Below, piece after piece: positions 46,801 to 56,334 of a stretch of 64,000 nt of DNA. How positions within the stretch are numbered: position 1 is the first letter of the stretch; each line of letters starts with the position of its first letter. The notes below the pieces were generated by a model that did no database searches, was not told the origin of the DNA, and was given only the letters and a program-made list of their open reading frames with translations. Made by a program: the position numbers and the translations under genes. Source of the DNA: Pseudoxanthomonas sp. (GTDB lineage Bacteria > Pseudomonadota > Gammaproteobacteria > Xanthomonadales > Xanthomonadaceae); NCBI GenBank assembly GCA_044235875.1, contig JBIIHJ010000001.1, forward strand, positions 3,707 to 67,706, read 5' to 3'.

Positions 46801-49800
46801 TGGGTGGCGGTGCCGCTGGGGGCGGCCTGGATCGCCGCGCCCTGGTTGATGGCCTGGCTCGGCACGATCCCCGTCGCGCCCGCCGGTGAGCTGGTGCCGG
46901 CACAGCGGCTGTTCCTGGGTCGCCTTGCGCGCCGGACCTGGGCGTTCTTCGAGTCGCACTGCACCGCCCAGCACCATTGGCTGCCGCCGGACAATGTCCA
47001 GGAGCACCCGGTGCCGGTCGTGGCCCATCGCACCTCGCCGACCAATATCGGCCTGTCGCTGCTGGCCAACCTGGCGGCCTACGACCTGGGATATCTGGGC
47101 GTGGCCGGCCTCATCCGGCGGGTCTCCGACACCCTGGCCACGCTGGAGACACTGCCGCGGCATCGCGGGCACTTCTACAACTGGTACGACACCGAAACGC
47201 TGGCGCCACTGCTGCCACGCTATGTCTCCAGTGTCGACAGCGGCAACCTGGCCGGACATCTGCTGACACTGCGCCAGGGCCTGCTTGCCCTGGTGGATGC
47301 ACCGGCGGTTTCGCCGATGGTCTTCGCGGGCCTGGCGGACACGCTGGGCGTGCTGCGGGAAACGCTGGTGCATCCCAGCGAAGCACAGGAGCGCGCGCTG
47401 GCGGCGTTTGCCCATACGCTCAAGGCCATCTGCGCATTGCCCGACCCCAGCCCCGATCAGGTCGCCGCGGCATTGGTGCAGCTGATCGATCAGGCGCAGG
47501 TCCTGCTGGACGCCGGCGCGCTGCAGGACATGGGCACCGATGAACCCTGGGTCGAGCGCATGCTGGCGGCGTGCCGCGCGGCGCAGGCCGACCTGCGCCT
47601 ATGCACGGCACCGCCGTCGGTCGCCGGCGAAGGTGTCGGGCCGCACCCACTGCGCGCGGTCCCGACCCTGCGCGCGCTGCGCCGGGACAGCAGCGACCGC
47701 GCCGTCCAGGCATGGGCCGGCGAGCGCATCCAGCAACTCGAGCGGTTGGCGCATGTCGCCGGGCAACTCTCGCTGATGGACTATGACTTTCTCTACAGCC
47801 CGTCCCGGCACCTGCTGTCGATCGGCTACAACGTCGATGAGCGCCGGCTGGATGCCGGCCATTACGATCTGCTCGCGTCTGAAGCCAGGCTTGGTCTGTT
47901 CGTCGCCATCGCTCAGGGCAAGCTGCCGCAGGAGAGTTGGTTCGCGCTGGGCCGCACGCTCACCGATGCGGGCGGCGAACCCACCCTGCTGTCGTGGAGC
48001 GGGTCGATGTTCGAGTACCTGATGCCCGACCTGGTGATGCCCAGCTATCCGCAGACCCTGCTGCATCGCACGGTGCAGGGAGCGGTGCACGCGCAGATCC
48101 GTTACGGCGCCGCGCGCGATGTGCCCTGGGGCATTTCCGAGTCCGGTTACAACACGGTCGATACCCAGCGCAACTACCAGTACCGCGCGTTCGGCGTGCC
48201 CGGGCTGGGCCTCAAGCGTGGACTCGGGCAGGACCTGGTGATCGCGCCGTATGCGACGGCGATGGCGCTGATGGTCGAGCCCGGTGCGGCGTGCCGCAAC
48301 CTGCAGCGCCTGGATGCGCTGGGCTTCGGCGGCCGCTTCGGCCTGTACGAGGCCATCGACTACACGCCCTCGCGCGTGCCGCGCGGCGAAACCCACGTGG
48401 TCGTGCGCTCCTTCATGTCGCATCACCAGGGCATGGCGTTGCTTGCGCTGGATGAGGTCCTGTGCGATGCGCCGATGCAGAAGCGCTTCATTGCCGATCC
48501 CGAGTTCCAGGCCACGCTGTTGCTGCTGCAGGAGCGCGCGCCGCGCACGGGCGGCAGTTACGCCAAGGGCCTGGCCGATATCGCCGAACGTTCCACGCCG
48601 GCCGATGCCGGCATGCCGCTGAGGATCTATCGCGATCCTTCGGCCCCGCAGATCGCCCTCCAGCTGCTGTCCAACGGCCGCTACCACGGCATGCTGACCA
48701 GCGCCGGCGGCGGCTACAGCCGCTCGCGCGACATGGCGGTCACGCGCTGGCGCGAAGACAGCACCCGCGATCACTGGGGCACCTTCTGCTATCTGCGCGA
48801 CGTGGGCAGCGGCACGTTCTGGTCGGCCACCCACCAGCCCACGTGCGTGCCGGTGGACCGTTACGAAGCGATCTTCTCCGACGCCAAGGCCGAGTTCAAA
48901 GGCAGCCACCTGGGCTACGAAAGCCATCTTGAGATCGCCATCTCCGCCGAAGACGACGTGGAACTGCGTCGGCTGCGCCTGCGCAACCGCTCGCGCCACA
49001 CCCGCACCATCGAGATCACCACCTACGCCGAGGTGGTGCTGGCGCCTGCGCTCTCCGACGAGATGCACCCGGCTTTCAGCAACCTGTTCGTGCAGACCGA
49101 GCTGCTGGCCGACAAGCAGGCACTGCTGTGCACCCGCCGCCCGCGGGCGCAGGACGAGGCCCAGCCCTGGATGCTGCATCTGGTGGCCGTGCACGATGCG
49201 GATGTGGATGCGATCTCTTACGAGACCGACCGCGCGCGCTTCATCGGCCGCGGCCGGACCACGCGTGGCCCCGCCGCGATGCTCGAGGACGGCCCGCTGT
49301 CCGATGCGTCCGGCTCGGTGCTGGACCCGATCGTGGCCATTCGCTGCCGGATCACGCTTGCGCCCGACCAGCGGGTGCAGATCGACATGGTGTCCGGCGT
49401 CGGTGCGCAGCGCGAGTCGTGCACGGCGCTGATCGACAAGTACCGCGACCGGCGCCTGGCGGACCGCGTGTTCGAAATGGCGCTGACCCAGAGCCAGGTC
49501 ACGCGGCGTCAGCTCAACGTTTCGCTGGTGGACGTGCAGCTGTACGAGCGCCTGGCCGCACGGGTGCTGTTCAGCGCTCCGGAGCTGCGCGCGGAGGCCC
49601 AGGTGCTGCTGCAGAACCGCCGTGGCCAGTCGGCGCTGTGGAGTCATGCCATCTCCGGCGACCTGCCCATCGCCTTGCTGCGCATCGCCGACGCCGAGCA
49701 CCTGGAGCTGGTCAGGCAGATGGTGCGGGCCCATGCCTATTGGCGGCTCAAGGGCCTGCGCGTGGACCTGGTCATCTGGAACGAAAGCCAGGCCGGCTAT

Positions 49801-52515
49801 CGCCAGCAGTTGCAGGACAGCATCGTCGGGTTGATCGCGGCCGATCCGGAAGCCAACGTCATGGACCGTCCAGGCGGCATCTTCGTGCGCGCCATCGAGC
49901 ACATCTCACCGGAGGACCGCATCCTGCTGCAGACCGTGGCGCGGGTGATCCTGAGCGATTCTCTCGGCACGCTGGCCGCGCAGCTGGAGCGGCGCCTGCC
50001 CGCCCGCCTGCAGGTACCGTTGATGGAACCATCGGCATTGCCGGTATCTGCCGATGGGCAGGACAGCGAAGAACAGACTCCCCATGCGCGATCCGCGCTC
50101 GCCGTCGGCGCGAACCACTTCGACAACGGCCTGGGTGCGTTCTTGCCGGACGGGCGCGAATACCGGATCGTGCTGCAAGAAGGCCAGCCGACCCCGGCGC
50201 CGTGGTGCAACGTGCTGGCCAACGCGCAGTTCGGCACCGTGGTCAGCGAAAGTGCGGCCGGCTATACCTGGGCCGAAAACGCCCATGAGTTCCGGCTGAC
50301 GCCCTGGCACAACGATCCGGTCAGCGATCTCAGTGGCGAGGCGTTCTACTTGCGCGATGAGGAGAGCGGCCAGGTCTGGTCGCCGATGGCGCTGCCCTGC
50401 CGTGGCCAGGGTGCCTACGAGGTGCGGCATGGTTTCGGCTACAGCGTCTACAGCCATCTCGAGCAGGGCATCGCCAGCGAACTGTGGGTGTTCGTCGATC
50501 CGGAGCGAGCGGTCAAGTACAGCGTCCTGCAGCTGAAGAACCGCTCGGGCCGCGCGCGCAGGCTCAGCGTGACCGGCTATGTGGAATGGGTGCTCGGCGA
50601 CATCAGGGCGCGTTCGCACGCCCACGTGGTCAGCGAGCTGGACCTGGCCAGCCAGCTGTTGACCGCGCGCAATCCGTACAACACCGAGTTCGAAGGGCGA
50701 GTGGCGTTCTTCGACGTCGATGCCGCCGTGCGCAGCGTGACCGCCGACCGCGTCGAATTCATCGGTCGCAATGGCGACCTTGGCGCGCCGGAGGCCATGC
50801 AGCGGCAGCGTCTGTCCGGTCGTGTCGGGGTGGGGCTCGATCCCTGCGCCGCGATCCAGGTGCCGATCGCATTGGCGGTGGACCAGGCCTTCCAAACCAC
50901 CTTCCGCCTCGGCTCGGCCGCAGGGCGCGAGGCGGCGCTGGCGCTTGGCATGCAGACGCGCGGCGCGCAGGCATCGCGTGCCGCGCTCGATGCGGTGCGC
51001 GCGCACTGGACCGAGGTGCTGGGGACCGTGCAAGTGTCCACGCCCGATCAGTCGGTGAACCTGCTGGCCAATGGCTGGCTGCTGTACCAGACCATCGCCT
51101 GTCGCTACCTGGCCCGCAGCGGCTATTACCAGTCCGGTGGCGCGTTCGGGTTCCGCGACCAGCTGCAGGACAGCATGGCCATGGTCCATGCGCAGCCGGC
51201 CCTGAGCCGCACGCACCTGCTGCGCAGCGCCGCCCATCAGTTCCCACAGGGCGATGTGCAGCACTGGTGGCATCCGCCGCAGGATCGCGGCGTGCGCACG
51301 CGCTGCTCGGATGACTTCCTGTGGCTGCCGCAGGCGGTGTGCCGCTACCTGGAGGTGACCGACGATGTGACCGTGCTCGGCGAGCCGGTGGGCTTCATCG
51401 ACGGCCGGCCGCTCAACGCGGACGAAGAGTCCTACTACGACCAGCCGCAGGTCATTGGCCATCCGCAGACGCTGTACGCCCACTGCGTGCTGGCGCTGGA
51501 ACGCGGCCTGGTCAGCCTGGGCGCCAAGGGACTGCCGCTGATCGGCAGCGGCGACTGGAACGACGGACTCAGCCGTGTCGGCAAGGACGGCAGGGGCGAA
51601 AGCGTCTGGCTTGGATTCTTCCTCTACGACACGTTGAGGCGCTTTGCGCCGGTGGCGCAGCGGCGTGGCGACGCGGTCTGGGTCGCGCGCTGCGGCACGC
51701 AGGCCGAAGCATTGCGCGTGGCGCTGGAAGACCATGGCTGGGACGGTGGCTGGTATCGCCGGGCCTGGTTCGATGACGGGACCCCGCTCGGGTCGGCGGA
51801 CTCGGAGGAATGCGCGATCGATTCGATCTCGCAGAGCTGGGCGGTGCTGTCCGGCGCGGCGGGGGTCGCGCGCGGCCAGCAGGCCATGGCCGCGATACAT
51901 GCACAGCTGGTCGATGTGCAGGCCCATGTCGTCAAGCTGCTGGCGCCGCCGTTCGACCGCACCACCCATGACCCCGGCTACATCCGCGGCTACGTACCGG
52001 GCGTGCGCGAGAACGGCGGCCAGTACACCCATGCCGCCGTCTGGGCCGCGATGGCCTTCGCCGCGCAGGGCGACCGGGCGCGTGCCTGGCAGCTGGCCGG
52101 CATGATCAGTCCGATCGGCCACGCGCTGGATGCGGCGGCCGCACAGCGCTACAAGGCCGAGCCCTACGTGCTGGCCGCCGATGTCTACGCGGTGGAACCG
52201 CATGTCGGCCGTGGCGGCTGGAGCTGGTACACCGGGGCGGCGGGCTGGATGTATCGGCTGTTGACCGAGTCGCTGCTGGGCCTGCATCGGCGCGGCGACC
52301 GCATGCGCATCACCCCTTGCATGCCTGCCGACTGGCCTGGTTACCAGCTGCGTTATCGCCTCGGCGCCAGCGTCTACGTGATCGAGGTGATCCAGCGCCC
52401 GGGGACATCGACGCTGATGCTGGATGGCCTGGTCCAGGACGGCCTCGACTTTCCCTTGTCCGACGATGGCGCCACCCACACGGTGACGCTCGGATGGTCC
52501 GGAGATGCGTCATGA
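43849..52515 (+). CDS. cgs: Cyclic beta-1,2-glucan synthase (Cgs/NdvB/ChvB): GT84 + cyclisation + GH94 phosphorylase domains
   Basis: EWLLDNY, ERKRGKL, VITLDSDT, SHDLLEG, RWVRGDWQ, RTSPTNIG, SWSGSMFEYLMP, WGISES, YQSGGAFGFRDQLQD, GDWND, RENGGQYTH, GWSWYTG; 2888 aa; exact start uncertain. Confidence 0.95.
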   Translation: MPRTRGMSGSLAWRRIKRNARLARQHEQADSFQAPPLRAALLGGEQMEALGRELANAHVLHQGTSPELLLARLRSNARALGDAARKLAHMSGDGLRLHPAGEWLLDNYHLVEEQVRAAREHLPRGYSRQLPCLKTAGAIGLPRVYELGQQVIAHGDGQVDAVTLSRFIAAYQAIAPLKLGELWAIPIMLRLALIDNLRRVADVIMRDGDDHRLANAWSTRLNATALNDPPSLVLVVADLARSQPPVTGAFVAELTRGLQGRGPVVSMASAWIEQWLAAGGQSVEGLVHAESQRQAADQVSVSNSIGSLRFLDDMDWRELVETMSLVDRTLGQDPAGVYPRMAFQTRDGYRHAVESLARHAGLDETVVADAALRLARQSEDPQQIRTHVGFYLVDAGLPQLRAELQRPGAAAVALDQDRPARRVPLWLYLTPIALLATLWSLVLLRGAPTAPALLWWISGVLALVASSELGIVLVNWIATLSVPPRALSRMDLRLGIPAENRTLVVMPSMLAGRDAIDALVASLEVHYLANRDAHLHFALLTDFLDAGQQVVPGDLDMLDHAARQIDQLNLRYAPERGHRFFLLHRPRQWNAAEGCWMGAERKRGKLEALNRLLSAADLEAQADQDFMRVSGDLTGLSQVRYVITLDSDTQLPRDAARTLVGAMSHPLNVPRLDPTGKVVVAGYGILQPGLGTGMGVGQDTRFARMFGIEPGMDPYTRVVSDVYQDLFGEGSFIGKGIYAVATFEHVLAGRFPDNRVLSHDLLEGCYARAGLISDVRLYEGHPQRYAADAKRRARWVRGDWQLLPWLLPWVPTANGGHERNPLSWLSRGKLLDNLRRSLVSPAALALLLIGWLASPMPVRWTLWLLSLWLLPGLLGTLYALVRVPEGLSVRHHARQVGLDARQQLARAGVTLSCLPYEAGMQLSAIGRTLFRMMVSGRLLLQWSPSSEVERGLRGGQAEHRLMAGAAVAAVLILGVVAWWAPVALWVAVPLGAAWIAAPWLMAWLGTIPVAPAGELVPAQRLFLGRLARRTWAFFESHCTAQHHWLPPDNVQEHPVPVVAHRTSPTNIGLSLLANLAAYDLGYLGVAGLIRRVSDTLATLETLPRHRGHFYNWYDTETLAPLLPRYVSSVDSGNLAGHLLTLRQGLLALVDAPAVSPMVFAGLADTLGVLRETLVHPSEAQERALAAFAHTLKAICALPDPSPDQVAAALVQLIDQAQVLLDAGALQDMGTDEPWVERMLAACRAAQADLRLCTAPPSVAGEGVGPHPLRAVPTLRALRRDSSDRAVQAWAGERIQQLERLAHVAGQLSLMDYDFLYSPSRHLLSIGYNVDERRLDAGHYDLLASEARLGLFVAIAQGKLPQESWFALGRTLTDAGGEPTLLSWSGSMFEYLMPDLVMPSYPQTLLHRTVQGAVHAQIRYGAARDVPWGISESGYNTVDTQRNYQYRAFGVPGLGLKRGLGQDLVIAPYATAMALMVEPGAACRNLQRLDALGFGGRFGLYEAIDYTPSRVPRGETHVVVRSFMSHHQGMALLALDEVLCDAPMQKRFIADPEFQATLLLLQERAPRTGGSYAKGLADIAERSTPADAGMPLRIYRDPSAPQIALQLLSNGRYHGMLTSAGGGYSRSRDMAVTRWREDSTRDHWGTFCYLRDVGSGTFWSATHQPTCVPVDRYEAIFSDAKAEFKGSHLGYESHLEIAISAEDDVELRRLRLRNRSRHTRTIEITTYAEVVLAPALSDEMHPAFSNLFVQTELLADKQALLCTRRPRAQDEAQPWMLHLVAVHDADVDAISYETDRARFIGRGRTTRGPAAMLEDGPLSDASGSVLDPIVAIRCRITLAPDQRVQIDMVSGVGAQRESCTALIDKYRDRRLADRVFEMALTQSQVTRRQLNVSLVDVQLYERLAARVLFSAPELRAEAQVLLQNRRGQSALWSHAISGDLPIALLRIADAEHLELVRQMVRAHAYWRLKGLRVDLVIWNESQAGYRQQLQDSIVGLIAADPEANVMDRPGGIFVRAIEHISPEDRILLQTVARVILSDSLGTLAAQLERRLPARLQVPLMEPSALPVSADGQDSEEQTPHARSALAVGANHFDNGLGAFLPDGREYRIVLQEGQPTPAPWCNVLANAQFGTVVSESAAGYTWAENAHEFRLTPWHNDPVSDLSGEAFYLRDEESGQVWSPMALPCRGQGAYEVRHGFGYSVYSHLEQGIASELWVFVDPERAVKYSVLQLKNRSGRARRLSVTGYVEWVLGDIRARSHAHVVSELDLASQLLTARNPYNTEFEGRVAFFDVDAAVRSVTADRVEFIGRNGDLGAPEAMQRQRLSGRVGVGLDPCAAIQVPIALAVDQAFQTTFRLGSAAGREAALALGMQTRGAQASRAALDAVRAHWTEVLGTVQVSTPDQSVNLLANGWLLYQTIACRYLARSGYYQSGGAFGFRDQLQDSMAMVHAQPALSRTHLLRSAAHQFPQGDVQHWWHPPQDRGVRTRCSDDFLWLPQAVCRYLEVTDDVTVLGEPVGFIDGRPLNADEESYYDQPQVIGHPQTLYAHCVLALERGLVSLGAKGLPLIGSGDWNDGLSRVGKDGRGESVWLGFFLYDTLRRFAPVAQRRGDAVWVARCGTQAEALRVALEDHGWDGGWYRRAWFDDGTPLGSADSEECAIDSISQSWAVLSGAAGVARGQQAMAAIHAQLVDVQAHVVKLLAPPFDRTTHDPGYIRGYVPGVRENGGQYTHAAVWAAMAFAAQGDRARAWQLAGMISPIGHALDAAAAQRYKAEPYVLAADVYAVEPHVGRGGWSWYTGAAGWMYRLLTESLLGLHRRGDRMRITPCMPADWPGYQLRYRLGASVYVIEVIQRPGTSTLMLDGLVQDGLDFPLSDDGATHTVTLGWSGDAS

Positions 52516-52739
52516 CCACACGCGAAGCGCTCGACCGCGAGCTGCAGGAACTCAGCGACATGCTGCCCACCTGGCTGGAGAAGCTGCGCCATCCGGCGCA
52601 GTTCTGGCCGCAGTTCGATGCCCTGTCGCAGGGCATCCTCGACAACTGCGCCGAGAGCGATATCCCGTACGTGCAGCGCCGGCTGGCGCTGCTGCTGCAG
52701 CATCACGGCCTCGATCGATCGGAGGAGGGCGCGCCGTAA
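52512..52739 (+). CDS. 75-aa helical hypothetical protein translationally coupled to cgs
   Basis: ATGA overlap with the cgs stop, GGAG RBS, GC3-rich codons; MTTREALDRELQELSDMLPTWLEKLRHPAQFWPQF... Confidence 0.8.
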   Translation: MTTREALDRELQELSDMLPTWLEKLRHPAQFWPQFDALSQGILDNCAESDIPYVQRRLALLLQHHGLDRSEEGAP

Positions 52740-52974
52740 GGCGGCAGCGCCGGCACTTGCGATGTCGAGGGCCGCTGCGCTTGGTCAGCGGTGAGGTGCT
52801 GACCCACGCGGGCGATGCCGTCGACGACCTGCATGTCGTCCGTGACCCTGCAGGCGATGTCACTGTGATCGACACAGGGCGATGGTGCCGAAATCGGCCG
52901 CGGTGAGCTGAAGCGCCGGCGGCGGGGCCGATCGCGCCTGGCTGATGGCAGCGGATCTTCAGGGGGGTGGTCGG

Positions 52975-53739
52975 CTAGCGCGTGCGGCGTGCGCGCTCGG
53001 TCACGACGCCGTTTTCGTAGACCGCGACGGATGCAACGTCGCCTTTTCCATCCGTCTCGAAATCGAAGCGGACATCCTTCTCGATGGCGAAGAAGCGACT
53101 GGCGGACTCCGGATAGAGCGTGGCGACGAAGTCGCCGGCGGTCAGCTTGAGATGGTCGCCGTCCATCTCGACCAGGATTTCCCCGATCCGCGACGAACGA
53201 TAGGCGCCGGCATAGCGCATCAGAACGTCGGCAGGCAACATCATGGTCCTGGGCGGGGGCGAGTAGGGCGCCGGACCATGGGCATAGCTCATCACCCGAT
53301 GCATGCGCCACTGTCCCGCTTCTGATTTCCAGACGGTGGTGAACTCGGCTTGTCCATCCAGGCGTTCGGGCGTGCCGGCCTCGGTGACATAAAAGCGGTG
53401 GCGCCCCGAAAGCAGGGCGTAGCCGCCGGCGAGTGGATGGAACGCGAGGCTGCCCTGCACGGCCTCACGCCGCAGGCGCAGGGCCTGGCTGGCACAGGGG
53501 CCACTGCGCAGGGAGTCGACAACGCCCTTGCGTGAGGTGGTGAGCCCTGTCTTGTCGTGATAGAACTCGACATCGGCCGTCAGCAGGTTGCCGACTGAGG
53601 TCATGTCGCAGTGGTTGTATGCCGTCCAGAACATGGCGTCGGCGCGCAGTACTTCGCCTTCCTCGGTTGCGGGCGTTGCGCCCAAGGCTGAAAGCGCCGC
53701 GCACATCGACAGCGCGATGACATACCTGGCAACAGCCAT
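52975..53739 (-). CDS. Exported NTF2-like (DUF4440) + DUF3471-like two-domain protein
   Basis: Signal peptide; AYNHCD....TADVEFYHDKTG, LRRE...GSL, G.HRFY, F.TVW...G.W.M.RV.SY.H; then RYAGAY...LYPESASRFF...VRFDF. Confidence 0.7.
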   Translation of the reverse strand: MAVARYVIALSMCAALSALGATPATEEGEVLRADAMFWTAYNHCDMTSVGNLLTADVEFYHDKTGLTTSRKGVVDSLRSGPCASQALRLRREAVQGSLAFHPLAGGYALLSGRHRFYVTEAGTPERLDGQAEFTTVWKSEAGQWRMHRVMSYAHGPAPYSPPPRTMMLPADVLMRYAGAYRSSRIGEILVEMDGDHLKLTAGDFVATLYPESASRFFAIEKDVRFDFETDGKGDVASVAVYENGVVTERARRTR

Positions 53740-54044
53740 CGTTCTACGCCCGCAGGGAATGGGATGCACGATAGGCGGTCGCCCGCGCATGCTCGTCGGC
53801 CGGAAGTCACGGTGCCTTGTGGATGGCGGTTGTTCTGGGCGCCGCGTCGCCCGATCTTTGTCATCGGATCGACGGCCGCTGATGGGCCTGGTCCACGGGC
53901 CGCAGTCCATGGCAGCGCACCTCGCCGTGCGAGCGGCCCGGGGCTACACTCGGCCGCTTCGATGCGGTCGAGGAAGCAAGCGAGTTCATGCCCTCGGCGT
54001 CCAGGAACAGATCCTTGGGCGTCCGGCGACGGCTCAGGTGCGCG

Positions 54045-54815
54045 TTAGGCGCCCTTGAAAACGGCCTTTCGCTTCGCCAGGAACGCATGCATGCCTTCCT
54101 GCTGGTCTGCGGTATCGAACAGGCGCTCGAACAGGCGGCGTTCCAGGGACAGCGCGGTTTCCAGCGGCGCGTCGGCACCCAGGCGCAGCGCTTCGCGGAT
54201 CGCCTGCACGGCCAGCGGCGGCATGCGGGTGATCTTGGCAGCGATCTCCAGTGCCTGGGGCAGGGCCTGGCCCGAAGGCACCAGGGCCGAGACCAGGTTG
54301 GCGGCGTACGCGTCGGCCGCGGGGATCATGTCGCCGGTCAGCGCCCACAGCGCGGCTTTGTAACGCCCCGCCGCGCGCAGCAGGCGCTGGGTGCCGCCGG
54401 CGCCGGGCATGATCCCGACCTTGATCTCGGGCTGGCCGAAGCTGGCGTCGTCGGCCGCGACGATCACATCGCAGGCCAGCGCCAGTTCGCAGCCGCCACC
54501 CAATGCGTAGCCTTCGACCGCGGCGATGAGCGGCTTGGGCGATGCGCGGACCACGTCGAACAACCGGCCCGAACGCTGCAGCACGTGGTCGATGGGCCGC
54601 ATGCCGGCCATCTCGGCGATGTCGGTGCCGGCGACGAAATACCCGCCGCTGCCGGTGAGCACGATCACGGCCACCTCCGGCGCGGCGATCGCCGCTTCCA
54701 GCGCGTCGACCAGTTCCTGCTTGACCTGCAGGTTGAGCGCGTTGCGCCGTTCAGGGCGGGTGATGCGCACCACGGCCACCGCATCGTGGCGTTCGGTCGC
54801 GACGAACTCAGCCAT
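54045..54815 (-). CDS. Enoyl-CoA hydratase/isomerase (PaaF-like)
   Basis: RPERRNAL, FVAGTDI, KPLIAAVEGYALGGGCELA, FGQPEIKVGIMPGAGGTQRL (both catalytic Glu present). Confidence 0.93.
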   Translation of the reverse strand: MAEFVATERHDAVAVVRITRPERRNALNLQVKQELVDALEAAIAAPEVAVIVLTGSGGYFVAGTDIAEMAGMRPIDHVLQRSGRLFDVVRASPKPLIAAVEGYALGGGCELALACDVIVAADDASFGQPEIKVGIMPGAGGTQRLLRAAGRYKAALWALTGDMIPAADAYAANLVSALVPSGQALPQALEIAAKITRMPPLAVQAIREALRLGADAPLETALSLERRLFERLFDTADQQEGMHAFLAKRKAVFKGA

Positions 54816-56334
54816 GTGCGACAGCTCCTGCCTGCGTGCGGGCCTGCAGCCACGGCGACACGCGATAGCGGTCTTCGCCATAGGTGTCGGACAGGTGGCG
54901 GAGCACGTCGGTGACGTAAGGCAGCTGAAGCTTGCGGCCCCAGGCCAGCGGACCGATCGGATAGTTCACCCCGCCGGTCATCGCCGCGTCGACGTCGGCC
55001 TCGCTGGCGATGCCCTGCTGCACGGCATCGGCGGCTTCGTTGACCAGCATGGCGACGGTGCGCGAGACCACCAGCCCGGCGGCATCGCCAAGCACCGAGA
55101 CCTTCTTGCCCAGCGCGGTGAACAGGCCCGCGGCCATGTCCAGCTGCGCCTGGGTGACGTCCAGCGCACCGGCCAGCGCGATGCGGGTGCTGGTGCGGTA
55201 ATCCAGCGCCAGGTCGAACAGCACCACCGGCTCGCCCAGTGCCTGGGCGCGCACGGCGGCGCTGCGGCCGTCGGTGAGCGCGAGCGCCAGGCCGTCCACG
55301 CGCAGCACGCCGTTGCCGTCGATGCGTTCGAGTGGAATGCCGGCCTCGGCGACCAACGCGGCCAGCGCTTCGGCCGGGCCCAGGTCGCCTTCGACGGTCA
55401 CGCGCGTGGTCATGGTGCCCTGCAGGTCATCGGTTGCAGGACGCGTCTGGTCATCGCCGTAGGCAAAGAATCCGCGGCCACTCTTGCGGCCGAGCCAGCC
55501 GGCATCGACCAGCTGCTTCTGCACCAGCGAGGGCTGGTAGCGCGGATCGTGGAAGAAGCCTTCCCACACCGAGCGGGTCACGGCGAAATTGACGTCGTGG
55601 CCGATCAGGTCCATCAGCTCGCACGGCCCCATGCGGAAGCCACCGCACTCGCGCATCACCGCATCCAGCGTTTCCGGCGCGGCGTGCTGTTCGAGCAGCA
55701 GGCGCAGCGCTTCGCCGTAGAACGGGCGTGCGACGCGGTTGACGATGAAACCAGGCGTGGACTGGCAGACCACCGGGACCTTCTTCCATGCACGCGCGGT
55801 GGCGACGATGGTCTGGACGATCTGCGGGTCGGAGGCCTGGCCGCGCACCACTTCCACCAGCGGCAGGATCGTGGCGGGATTGAAGAAGTGCATGCCGACC
55901 ACGCGCTCGGGCCGGGGCAGGCGCGAGGCCAGCGCGGTGACCGACAGCGAGGAGGTATTGGTCGACAGGATCGCATCTTCGTCCACGCGCGCGGCGATGT
56001 CGCGCAGCGCGGCGGTCTTGATGTCCAGGTTCTCGACGATGGCCTCGATCACCAGGCCGACGCATTCCAGCGCGGTGGCGCTGCCGGCAGGCGTGACACG
56101 TGCATAGATCGCTTCGCCTTGTTCCCTGGTGATCTTGGCCTTGGCGATGCGCTTGTCGAGGCTGGCGCGGATCTGGGCGCGGCCGCGATCCAGGGCGGCA
56201 TCGCTGGTGTCGCACAGATAGACCGGATGCCCGGCGGTCGCGGCGACTTCGGCGATGCCTGCGCCCATGGTGCCGGCGCCGATGACCACCACCGCGCGCT
56301 CCAGCGGCAGGGCAGTTGCAGTGGACTCAACCAT
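54808..56334 (-). CDS. paaH: 3-hydroxyacyl-CoA dehydrogenase, PaaH-type (long form)
   Basis: GAGTMGAGIA, EAIVENLDIK, TNTSSLS, GMHFFNPA, PGFIVNR.ARPFYGEA, GFRMGP.ELMD.IGHDVN, GVNYP.GPLAW, YGEDRYR. Confidence 0.85.
   Translation of the reverse strand: MVESTATALPLERAVVVIGAGTMGAGIAEVAATAGHPVYLCDTSDAALDRGRAQIRASLDKRIAKAKITREQGEAIYARVTPAGSATALECVGLVIEAIVENLDIKTAALRDIAARVDEDAILSTNTSSLSVTALASRLPRPERVVGMHFFNPATILPLVEVVRGQASDPQIVQTIVATARAWKKVPVVCQSTPGFIVNRVARPFYGEALRLLLEQHAAPETLDAVMRECGGFRMGPCELMDLIGHDVNFAVTRSVWEGFFHDPRYQPSLVQKQLVDAGWLGRKSGRGFFAYGDDQTRPATDDLQGTMTTRVTVEGDLGPAEALAALVAEAGIPLERIDGNGVLRVDGLALALTDGRSAAVRAQALGEPVVLFDLALDYRTSTRIALAGALDVTQAQLDMAAGLFTALGKKVSVLGDAAGLVVSRTVAMLVNEAADAVQQGIASEADVDAAMTGGVNYPIGPLAWGRKLQLPYVTDVLRHLSDTYGEDRYRVSPWLQARTQAGAVAHG

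Noticed and set aside
54045-56334. Phenylacetate (paa) operon call
   Set aside because: Only PaaF/PaaH-like genes are present; no paaABCDE, paaK, paaZ or paaJ in the window
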